Assembly (NCBI GenBank): GCA_041694995.1
Contig: JBGFRS010000056.1
Coordinates: 34,498-98,497 of the forward strand
Source: Pseudomonadota bacterium
Lineage (GTDB): Bacteria > Pseudomonadota > Alphaproteobacteria > Rhizobiales > UBA4765
Direction: 5' to 3'
Length of the DNA stretch: 64,000 nucleotides
The notes under the pieces are model-generated. The model was not told the origin of the DNA. It was given only the letters and a program-made list of their open reading frames with translations, and made no database searches. Below, piece by piece: positions 56,445 to 64,000 of this stretch; positions within the stretch are counted from its first letter, which is position 1; each line of letters opens with the position of its first letter. A program made the translations under genes and the position numbers.

Positions 56445-57800
56445 ATGGCCGCGATCGACAATGGCGATGGGGAGCGTGTCCGTTCCGGCTTGGCGGCCCG
56501 CATCGGATCGCGTTTGCGGGCTTTGCGAAGCGTTCTCGCCGCGGTGGCCGTCGTCTTTTTCATCCTGACGGTGGTGGGGGCGCTGCACTGGGCCTATGCC
56601 TTTGCCGGCGTTCTGGCCGTCGTGGCCGCCGTCACATTGTCCCCGCAACCGGCTCGCGCGCCCCGAACGCTGATGGCGAACGCCGTCCGACGGCCGGGCC
56701 GGACGCTCGACCAACGCGCTGCGCTTCTCATCGCGGCGCTGCCCGATCCGTGCGTCGTGGTGGATCGCCGCGGCATCGTCGTCTTGCACAACGAGAAGGC
56801 GCGCGCCGCCGTGCCCGGGCTGCGTTCGGGCGACCCCTTGTCCTTCGTCTTGCGTGCGCCGGATGTCACCGAGGCGGTGCAGAGCGCTCTGACAACGGAC
56901 GCGGCCCGGACGGTGCCTTACCACGAGAAGGTTCCGATCGAGCGATGGTTCGAGGCGCATGTCGCGCCGATCCGTGTCGACATGTCCGGGCCGTCACTGC
57001 CGGATCACGTCGTGATCACCATCCACGACAACACCAACCAGCAGCGCATCGAACGCATGCGGGTCGACTTCGTCGCCAATGCGAGCCACGAGTTGCGCAC
57101 GCCGCTCGCCTCCTTGTCCGGTTTCGTCGAGACGCTGCAAGGGCCCGCGCGCAATGATCCGGAGGCACGCGAGCGCTTTCTCGACATCATGCGCGGGCAG
57201 GCGCTGCGGATGTCCCGGCTGATCGACGACCTCCTGTCGCTGTCGCGCATCGAACTCAACGCCCACATACCACCGCAGGACGTCATCGATCTGCGCAGCG
57301 TCGTCGCGCAGACGGTGGATGCGCTCGGGCCTCTCGCCCGGGAGAACGGTGTCGAGGTGGCGATGAGCTTGCCCGGCGGACCGCAACGGATCCGGGCCGA
57401 CCGCGACGAGCTTTATCGCGTATGCGACAATCTCATTGAGAACGCCATCAAATACGGCGCGAGCGGAAAGCGCGTCGACATCGTCGTGCGCAGCGAAGCG
57501 CCGGTCGACGGGTTTCCTGCGGCCGTCGTCCTTATCGTCACCGATCGGGGGCCGGGGATCGCTGCGGAGCACATCCCGCGCCTCACCGAACGGTTCTACC
57601 GCGTCGATACGGCATCGAGCCGCCAGAAGGGCGGCACCGGACTCGGCCTGGCCATCGTGAAGCACATCCTCGCGCGCCATCGCGGGCGCCTCGAGGTCGA
57701 AAGCCGCCTCGGCGAAGGTTCGGTGTTCACGGCGCGTTTCGAGGCGCTGGACACGGCGGCCGAAGGCGATCGTCATCGAAGTGTCATTCATCAGTCATAG
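56445..57800 (+). CDS. phoR: Phosphate regulon sensor histidine kinase PhoR
   Basis: TM region, a PAS-like segment, the H-box SHELRTPL, and N/G boxes. Lies upstream of pstSCAB-phoU-phoB. Confidence 0.85.
   Translation: MAAIDNGDGERVRSGLAARIGSRLRALRSVLAAVAVVFFILTVVGALHWAYAFAGVLAVVAAVTLSPQPARAPRTLMANAVRRPGRTLDQRAALLIAALPDPCVVVDRRGIVVLHNEKARAAVPGLRSGDPLSFVLRAPDVTEAVQSALTTDAARTVPYHEKVPIERWFEAHVAPIRVDMSGPSLPDHVVITIHDNTNQQRIERMRVDFVANASHELRTPLASLSGFVETLQGPARNDPEARERFLDIMRGQALRMSRLIDDLLSLSRIELNAHIPPQDVIDLRSVVAQTVDALGPLARENGVEVAMSLPGGPQRIRADRDELYRVCDNLIENAIKYGASGKRVDIVVRSEAPVDGFPAAVVLIVTDRGPGIAAEHIPRLTERFYRVDTASSRQKGGTGLGLAIVKHILARHRGRLEVESRLGEGSVFTARFEALDTAAEGDRHRSVIHQS
57781..57798 (+). promoter_or_regulatory. 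Pho box candidate (GTGTCAT-TCAT-CAGTCAT)
   Basis: Two 7-mers at 11-bp spacing resemble the alphaproteobacterial PhoB site CTGTCAT-N4-CTGTCAT. The site lies about 90 nt upstream of the pstS start and overlaps the last phoR codons. Confidence 0.5.
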
Positions 57801-57889
57801 AAGCATTGCGTCGCCCTTCTAGCGTTGCTCTGGGGGTTGGCCAGGCTGAATGTCCACCGCCTCGACAACGAATTCCGCAGGAGAGACCC

Positions 57890-58924
57890 TTGAAAACCTC
57901 AACCTTCGCCGGTGCTTTTGCACTGGTCGTGGCTGGCCTTGCTCTGGCCGGTCCGGCCCACGCGCAATCCCGTGACCGCATCCAGATCACGGGCTCCTCC
58001 ACAGTCTTCCCGTTCAGCACGGCCGTTGCCGAGCGCTTCGGGCAGCGGCCCGGCGCCCGGACTCCCGTCGTCGAGTCGACCGGTACCGGCGGCGGTATGC
58101 GTATCTTCTGCTCGGGCGTCGGCCTCAACACGCCCGACATCGCCAATGCCTCGCGGCGCATCACGCAGTCGGAGTTCAACACCTGCCGCCAGAACGGCGT
58201 CTCCCCGATCGAGATCAAGATCGGCTTCGACGGTATCGTGCTGGCCAATTCGAAGCAGGGCCGCCGCATCGACCTCACGCTCGAGCAGATCTACCTCGCC
58301 CTCGCCGCGCAGATTCCGAACGCACAGGGGCAGCTGGCCGCCAACCCGCACCGCAACTGGTCGGACATCTCGCCGACCTTGCCGGCGTTGCGCATCGAAG
58401 TTCTCGGCCCGCCGCCGACCTCCGGCACGCGCGATGCCTTCAATGAAATGGCGCTCCTCGCCGGCTGCCAAGCCTATCATCGCTCGCGCAATCTGCAGGC
58501 TGACGCGCGTGCCTGCCAGCAGATCCGTGCCGATGGCGCCTTCATCGAAGCGGGCGAGAACGACAACATCATCGTGCAGCGTCTCGTCGCCAATCCGAAC
58601 GCCTTCGGCCTGTTCGGCTTCTCGTTCCTGGAAGAGAACCAGGACAAGATCCAGGGCGCGCGCGTCAACGGCGTCGAAAGCACCATCGACCACATCGCCT
58701 CGGGCCGCTACCCGCTGGCGCGGTCCTTGTTCTTCTACGCCAAGCGCGAGCACATCGGTCTCGTTCCTGGTCTGCAGGACTTCATCAACGAGTTCGTCTC
58801 GGACCAGGCCATGGGGGCGGACGGCTATCTCGAGAAGAAGGGGCTCGTCCCGCTGCCGCAGGCTGAACGTGCCCGCGTCTCGGCCGCGGCCCGTGCCCTG
58901 ACCGTTCTGACCACGCTGAACTGA
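57890..58924 (+). CDS. pstS: Phosphate ABC transporter substrate-binding protein PstS
   Basis: TTG at 57890 after GGAGAG gives the signal LKTSTFAGAFALVVAGLALAGPAHA. The GSSTVFPF and TSGTRD motifs fit the PstS family. Confidence 0.85.
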   Translation: MKTSTFAGAFALVVAGLALAGPAHAQSRDRIQITGSSTVFPFSTAVAERFGQRPGARTPVVESTGTGGGMRIFCSGVGLNTPDIANASRRITQSEFNTCRQNGVSPIEIKIGFDGIVLANSKQGRRIDLTLEQIYLALAAQIPNAQGQLAANPHRNWSDISPTLPALRIEVLGPPPTSGTRDAFNEMALLAGCQAYHRSRNLQADARACQQIRADGAFIEAGENDNIIVQRLVANPNAFGLFGFSFLEENQDKIQGARVNGVESTIDHIASGRYPLARSLFFYAKREHIGLVPGLQDFINEFVSDQAMGADGYLEKKGLVPLPQAERARVSAAARALTVLTTLN

Positions 58925-58940
58925 TGAGCTGACTAGTCCC

Positions 58941-58970
58941 GACGGCCGGCCCGATGACTGGCCGGCCGTC
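58941..58970 (+). terminator. Perfect 11-bp GC hairpin between pstS and pstC (attenuator or RNA stabiliser)
   Basis: GACGGCCGGCC-cgatgact-GGCCGGCCGTC, followed by GCTTTCC. It starts 17 nt after the pstS stop. Confidence 0.45.
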
Positions 58971-59000
58971 GCTTTCCGCTGAACCGCGCGGTCATCTTCC

Positions 59001-60383
59001 ATGTTCTGGACCATTTTTTTGTTCTTGGTCGCCCTCGCCCTCGCGTGCTTCGTCGCCGGGCGCCTGCGCGCCGTCGCGCTGTCCGAGGGTGTGCCATCGG
59101 TTCTTCATTCGCTCCCCGGCTATCACGGCGGTTTTTTCGCCGCGGTCGCTGCCGGACCCGCGCTGATCTTCTTCTTCTTATGGCAGATCGTGGCCCCGCG
59201 CATCGAGGAGCGCTTGATTTTCGACCGCCTCGGCCCGGCCATCCAGAACTTCTCTACGGCACAACTCGAGACGCTGTGGCGCGACATCCGCATCCTCGCG
59301 CATGGGGGCGGGCCGCCGGCGGCGAACGACGCGTTGCGCCAGCAAGGCCTCGAAGCCTACCAAAGCATCAACGCGACGAGCGACGCGCTGATGATCGTCG
59401 GCATCGTCGCTTTGATCGTCGTTGGTCTCTTCCTGGGCTGGCGGAGCCTGAGCGCGTCTTTCCGTGCGCGCCACGTTGTCGAAGCGATCATCAAGGTGGC
59501 GATCTTCGGTTGCGCCGCGATCGCCGTTATCACCACGATCGGTATCGTCGCGTCGCTCATCGGTGAATCATTGCGCTTCTTCACCATGGTCTCGCCGATC
59601 GACTTCCTGTTCGGCTTGACCTGGACGCCGCAGCAGATGGCTTTCCGCGACGATCAGGTCGGCGGCACGGCGGCGTTCGGCTTCGTCCCCCTGTTCACGG
59701 GCACCATGCTGATCTGCACCATCGCCATAGCCGTCGCAGCGCCGCTCGGCGTGCTGTCGGCGATCTATCTCTCCGACTACGCCTCGCCGCAGATCCGCGC
59801 GGTCGGCAAACCGATCCTCGAGGTGCTCGCCGGCATCCCAACCGTCGTCTACGGCTTCTTCGCCGCTCTCACCGTGGCACCGTTCATCCGCAATGTGGGC
59901 CAGGGCTTCGGGCTCGACGTGTCGTCCGAATCGGCGCTCGCCGCGGGCGTGGTCATGGGGATCATGATCGTGCCGTTCGTGTCGTCGCTGTCGGACGACG
60001 TCATCAATGCTGTGCCGCAGTCCTTGCGCGACGGTTCTCTCGCCGTGGGCGCAACCAAGTCGGAAACGATGCGCAAGGTGGTTCTGCCGGCGGCTCTGCC
60101 CGGCGTCGTCTCGGCGCTGATCCTGGCGATCTCCAAGGCGATCGGCGAGACGATGATCGTAGTGATGGCCGCGGGCATGGCCGCGAACCTCACATTGAAC
60201 CCGCTCGAGGCGGTGACCACCGTCACGGTCCAGATCGGCACCCTGCTCACCGGCGATCAGGAGTTCGACAGCCCCAAGACGCTCGTCGCTTTCGCCCTGG
60301 GGCTCGTGTTGTTCGCGATCACGCTGGGGCTCAACATCTACGCACTCTCCGTCGTCAAGCGGTATCGGGAACAGTATGACTGA
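59001..60383 (+). CDS. pstC: Phosphate ABC transporter permease PstC
   Basis: 460 aa multi-TM protein with an EAA-type region SLRDGSLAVGATKSETMRKVVLP. Confidence 0.9.
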   Translation: MFWTIFLFLVALALACFVAGRLRAVALSEGVPSVLHSLPGYHGGFFAAVAAGPALIFFFLWQIVAPRIEERLIFDRLGPAIQNFSTAQLETLWRDIRILAHGGGPPAANDALRQQGLEAYQSINATSDALMIVGIVALIVVGLFLGWRSLSASFRARHVVEAIIKVAIFGCAAIAVITTIGIVASLIGESLRFFTMVSPIDFLFGLTWTPQQMAFRDDQVGGTAAFGFVPLFTGTMLICTIAIAVAAPLGVLSAIYLSDYASPQIRAVGKPILEVLAGIPTVVYGFFAALTVAPFIRNVGQGFGLDVSSESALAAGVVMGIMIVPFVSSLSDDVINAVPQSLRDGSLAVGATKSETMRKVVLPAALPGVVSALILAISKAIGETMIVVMAAGMAANLTLNPLEAVTTVTVQIGTLLTGDQEFDSPKTLVAFALGLVLFAITLGLNIYALSVVKRYREQYD

Positions 60384-62208
60384 CATCGCCGAACGCACTT
60401 CGGTCGCGACCGGGCTTCACACCTCGGACGAGGCGCGGCGCCGCTTGCGCCGGCGCTACGGGGCCGAGTTCAGGTTTCGGGCCATCGGCATCGGCGCCCT
60501 GGCGATCTCGGGCCTGTTTCTCGTCATCTTCCTCTCGAGCATCTTCCGCGACGGCATTCCGGCGTTCTTTCAACACTATGTGACGCTCGAAATCCCAGTC
60601 GGGCGGGCCGACGTCGATCCGAACAACACGAACGATCGCGCGGTCATCGTTCAAGCGAACTTCGATGGCCTCATTGCGCGGAGCGCGCGGAGTTTGTTCC
60701 CCGACGTCACCGATCGGGCGGGCCAGCGCGCCATCACCTCGATCATCTCGACGGGAGCGCCGGTTCTTTTCCGCGAGGCGCTCATCAGGAATCTCGATTG
60801 GATCGGAACGACGCAGCGCTACCAGGTACCCATGGACGATCTGGCCGATCTTTTCCTGAAGGGCCAGATCACGCGCGTCGATCGGATGGATACACGCGGG
60901 GAACTCGGCGTTTCCGGAGTGCGCGGCACAGTGCAGCTTGCCTCCACCGCCAATAATTTTCAGCCGATCCTCGCGGAGGTGAAGGCGCATCTCGCCCTCC
61001 TCGCTTCGCGCGCACGAGGAGCGGCGGCCGGTCAGGAACGCGCCGTCGCACGCCTGGAGGCGGAGCGATCGGGATTGCAGGGTCGAAGGGCGGCAGCTTC
61101 TGGGAACGAGGCCGCCCAGATCGATCATCGGCTGGCACAGCTGCAGAGCGACATCGCCGCAGCTCGCGTGCAAATCCAACAGCAGATCGAACTTGCGCAG
61201 TCGCTCGAAGGCAGGGCTCGTGCCGCTGACCAGCGCGAGCAGCTCGACAGCAATCTGCCAAGCTACATCGTGCGCATCAACGGCGGTGCCATCAAGCTCA
61301 ACGAGGTGCAGAGCGCCAACGCGACCGGCACCGTGATCATTCCGCTCCGCTCCGATGCGGTCGCCCGGATCGGCGAGTGGCGGCTGGAACGTATCATTGT
61401 GCCGGAGGCGAACCGGCGCTTCAACGACACGCAGCTCCTCCTCGTCGACAGCCTGCGCGAGCGCGGTCTTATCGAAAAGCGCATCTCGCGCGAGTTCTTC
61501 ACCGGCGGCGCCTCACGAGAGCCGGAACTCGCCGGGATGTGGACGGCGATCGTCGGTTCGTTCATCACCCTCGGGATCACTCTTCTGCTTTGCTTCCCGA
61601 TTGGCGTTGCCGCGGCAATCTATCTCGAGGAGTTCGCGCCGAAGAACCGCTGGACCGAGATCATCGAGGTCAACATCAACAACCTGGCGGCGGTGCCCTC
61701 GATCATCTTCGGCTTGCTCGGCCTTGCCGTCTTCCTCAACTGGTTCGGCATGCCGCGCTCGGCGCCCGTCGTCGGCGGTCTCGTTCTGGCGTTGATGACC
61801 TTGCCGATCATCATCATCGCCGCACGGGCCGCACTGAAGGCGGTTCCGCCATCGATCCGCGAGGCAGCGTTGGGCATCGGCGCGTCGCATCAGCAAACCG
61901 TGATGCACCACGTCTTGCCTCTCGCGATGCCTGGGATTCTCACCGGTACGATTCTCGGAATGGCTCACGCTCTCGGGGAGACGGCGCCTCTGCTGATGAT
62001 CGGAATGGTGGCCTTCGTCGTCGATGTTCCGACGTCGCTTACCGATCCCGCGACGCTGATCCCCGTGCAGATCTTCATGTGGGCGGACTTCCCGGAAGTG
62101 GCGTTCCAGCAAAAGACCGCGGCCGCGATCATCGTCCTCTTGGCGTTCTTGGTCGTTATGAACGCTGCGGCGGTCATCCTTCGTAAGAAATTCGAACGGC
62201 GCTGGTGA
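60376..62208 (+). CDS. pstA: Phosphate ABC transporter permease PstA (unusually long, with coiled-coil insert)
   Basis: The C-terminal 280 aa are canonical PstA ([21 protein letters not shown]). The N-terminal part has one TM followed by a long soluble region with heptad-like Ala/Gln/Arg-rich sequence. Confidence 0.85.
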   Translation: MTDIAERTSVATGLHTSDEARRRLRRRYGAEFRFRAIGIGALAISGLFLVIFLSSIFRDGIPAFFQHYVTLEIPVGRADVDPNNTNDRAVIVQANFDGLIARSARSLFPDVTDRAGQRAITSIISTGAPVLFREALIRNLDWIGTTQRYQVPMDDLADLFLKGQITRVDRMDTRGELGVSGVRGTVQLASTANNFQPILAEVKAHLALLASRARGAAAGQERAVARLEAERSGLQGRRAAASGNEAAQIDHRLAQLQSDIAAARVQIQQQIELAQSLEGRARAADQREQLDSNLPSYIVRINGGAIKLNEVQSANATGTVIIPLRSDAVARIGEWRLERIIVPEANRRFNDTQLLLVDSLRERGLIEKRISREFFTGGASREPELAGMWTAIVGSFITLGITLLLCFPIGVAAAIYLEEFAPKNRWTEIIEVNINNLAAVPSIIFGLLGLAVFLNWFGMPRSAPVVGGLVLALMTLPIIIIAARAALKAVPPSIREAALGIGASHQQTVMHHVLPLAMPGILTGTILGMAHALGETAPLLMIGMVAFVVDVPTSLTDPATLIPVQIFMWADFPEVAFQQKTAAAIIVLLAFLVVMNAAAVILRKKFERRW

Positions 62209-62230
62209 TCAGGCGCCAGGGGGTAGCGTG

Positions 62231-63037
62231 ATGTCGGACGTCGCAGAAAAGCCGAAAGTCGGCCGGACGGAGACCCCCGGTCACACAAAGATGTCCGGCC
62301 GCAAGGTCTGCGTCTTCTACGGCGAGAAGCAGGCTCTGTTCGACGTGGATTTGAACCTGCGCGAGCATACCGTCACGGCTCTGATCGGACCGTCCGGCTG
62401 TGGCAAGTCGACGTTCCTGCGCTGCCTGAACCGCATGAACGACACGATCCCGATCTGCCGCGTCACGGGCGAATTGCGCCTCGACACGCAGGACATCTAC
62501 GACAGGCAGATCGACGTCGTCGAGCTGCGCGCGCGGGTCGGAATGGTGTTCCAGAAGCCGAACCCTTTTCCGAAGTCGATCTTCGAGAACATCGCCTATG
62601 GTCCGCGGATCCATGGCCTCACGCGCAACAAGGCGGAGCTCGCGGAGGCGGTCGAGACGGCCCTGCGCCGCGCTTCGCTGTGGGATGAGGTCAAGGACCG
62701 CCTGTTCGAGCCCGGCACTGGCCTGTCCGGCGGGCAGCAGCAGCGCCTGTGCATCGCGCGGGCGATCGCGACCAAGCCGGAGGTCATTCTGATGGATGAA
62801 CCCTGTTCGGCGCTGGATCCGATCGCGACCGCCAAGATCGAAGAGCTCATCGACGAGCTGCGCCAGAACTACACGATCGCCATCGTGACGCACTCGATGC
62901 AGCAAGCGGCCCGCGTCTCACAGCGCACCGCCTTCTTCCACCTCGGCTATCTCGTCGAGGAGGGCGACACGGATCAGATCTTCACCAATCCGACCGACAA
63001 GCGCACGCAAGACTACATCACGGGCCGCTTCGGCTGA
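62231..63037 (+). CDS. pstB: Phosphate ABC transporter ATP-binding protein PstB
   Basis: Walker [10 protein letters not shown], signature LSGGQQQRL and Walker [12 protein letters not shown]. Confidence 0.9.
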   Translation: MSDVAEKPKVGRTETPGHTKMSGRKVCVFYGEKQALFDVDLNLREHTVTALIGPSGCGKSTFLRCLNRMNDTIPICRVTGELRLDTQDIYDRQIDVVELRARVGMVFQKPNPFPKSIFENIAYGPRIHGLTRNKAELAEAVETALRRASLWDEVKDRLFEPGTGLSGGQQQRLCIARAIATKPEVILMDEPCSALDPIATAKIEELIDELRQNYTIAIVTHSMQQAARVSQRTAFFHLGYLVEEGDTDQIFTNPTDKRTQDYITGRFG

Positions 63038-63054
63038 TCTGGAGGAAGAAGGAG

Positions 63055-63762
63055 ATGCCCGTGACAGAGCACACCGTCACCGCCTTCGAAAACGAACTGC
63101 AGAATCTGGCGAGACGGATCGCGGAGATGGGGGGGCTCGCGGAGAAGGCGGTCACCGATTCCGTGGCCGCGCTCGGGCGGCGCGACTTCGATCTCGCACG
63201 CAATGTCATTGCGTCGGACAGCCGGATCGATGCGTTGCAGCGCGAGATCGAAGAAATGACCGTGCTGGTCATCGCTCGACGCCAGCCCGTTGCCTTGGAT
63301 CTGCGCGAGATCGTCGGCGCGCTGCGCATTTCGAACGATCTCGAGCGGATCGGGGATCTCGCCAAGAACATTGCCAAGCGCGTTCTTGCGATGCGGGGCG
63401 CCGTTCACCCGCATCGACTGGTGCACGGGGTCGAGGCCCTGTCCAATCTGGCGCTCGAACAGCTCAAGAACGTCCTTGACGCCTATACGCTGAAGGATCG
63501 CGACAAGGCGCTCGGCGTGTGGCGCCGCGACGGGGCGATCGACGCGATGTACACCTCGATCTTCCGGGAGCTCCTCACCTATATGATGGAGGACCCGCGC
63601 AACATCACCTCCTGCACGCATCTTCTGTTCACGGCGAAGAACATCGAGCGCATTGGCGATCACGCGACGAACGTCGCCGAGACCGTCTACTATGTGGTGC
63701 AAGGGCAACCGATCGCGGACGACAGGCCCAAGAGCGACGACCTGGTCGAGAAAGCGGTCTAA
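63055..63762 (+). CDS. phoU: Phosphate signalling complex protein PhoU
   Basis: 235 aa with a GGAGGAAGAAGGAG RBS and duplicated PhoU repeats containing E(R)IGD motifs. Confidence 0.9.
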   Translation: MPVTEHTVTAFENELQNLARRIAEMGGLAEKAVTDSVAALGRRDFDLARNVIASDSRIDALQREIEEMTVLVIARRQPVALDLREIVGALRISNDLERIGDLAKNIAKRVLAMRGAVHPHRLVHGVEALSNLALEQLKNVLDAYTLKDRDKALGVWRRDGAIDAMYTSIFRELLTYMMEDPRNITSCTHLLFTAKNIERIGDHATNVAETVYYVVQGQPIADDRPKSDDLVEKAV

Positions 63763-63768
63763 GGGCCA

Positions 63769-64000
63769 TGCCGACGCGCGTGTTGATCGTCGAAGACGAA
63801 GAGCCGCTGACTCTTCTGTTGCGCTACAATCTGGAGGCGGAAGGCTACTCGGTCGATTCCGCGGCGCGGGGCGACGACGCGGAAACGCGTCTGCGTGAGA
63901 CCGTGCCCGACCTCGTGCTCCTCGATTGGATGCTGCCGGGCCTGTCGGGCATCGAGTTGTGCCGGCGTCTGCGCGCGCGCCCGGAAACCGAGCGCCTGCC
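63769..64000 (+). CDS. phoB: Phosphate regulon response regulator PhoB (5' part, truncated by the window end)
   Basis: The receiver domain start RVLIVEDEEPL...DLVLLDWMLPGLSGIELC runs off the window end. Confidence 0.85.

Noticed and set aside
54620-56563. A 647-aa ORF spanning the peptidase and ppk2 regions.
   Set aside because: Only the C-terminal 260 aa resemble a protein (S1 peptidase). The upstream part is Arg-rich junk overlapping the well-supported ppk2 frame. I called the short form starting at 55402.
1-64000. Search for CRISPR arrays, tRNA/rRNA genes, IS elements, integrases and prophage genes.
   Set aside because: No regularly spaced direct repeats and no tRNA-like T-loop or acceptor patterns appear in the intergenic gaps. 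No transposase, integrase or phage-like translations appear in the ORF track.

Overview
High-GC chromosomal segment that looks alphaproteobacterial (Rhizobiales-like), judged from gene content (homospermidine synthase, phoR-pstSCAB-phoU-phoB order, opgGH, TRAP and Dpp-type transporters). Coding density is high and many genes are coupled by ATGA/GTGA overlaps. I found no rRNA, tRNA, CRISPR array, IS element, integrase or phage gene. Most long ORFs antisense to or out of frame with the called genes are GC-driven artefacts.

Modules in order:
1. Creatininase-family, FAD-oxidase and M20 amidohydrolase genes, then two tandem Dpp-like ABC importer modules sharing one ATPase pair (1-13.1 kb).
2. An orphan MotA/MotB stator pair, kpsF, an outer-membrane barrel, opgD, a DegP-like protease, NfeD/SPFH, an orphan ParA, hemH and a 5'-nucleotidase (13-25.6 kb).
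3. A Zur-box-controlled znuCBA-like operon with a COG0523 GTPase (25.7-29.6 kb).
4. A sugar-acid locus in which the two halves of a split UxaA dehydratase flank dctPQM, plus an RraA-like aldolase and a sugar ABC system (29.6-38.2 kb).
5. A WD40 protein, a small Cys-motif protein and a DUF2937 protein.
6. A polyamine island (hss, GNAT, odc) with a long structured odc leader.
7. opgGH.
8. A DUF1007-NicO fusion transporter convergent with a Co-type nitrile hydratase operon that also carries an IlvD/Edd dehydratase, an S1 peptidase and ppk2.
9. The complete pho/pst regulon with a Pho box.

No convincing defence or mobile system is visible. The most unusual items are the DUF1007-NicO fusion overlapping the nitrile hydratase operon, the split-UxaA/TRAP/RraA operon, the odc leader, the orphan stator pair, the orphan ParA and the ppk2-peptidase coupling.
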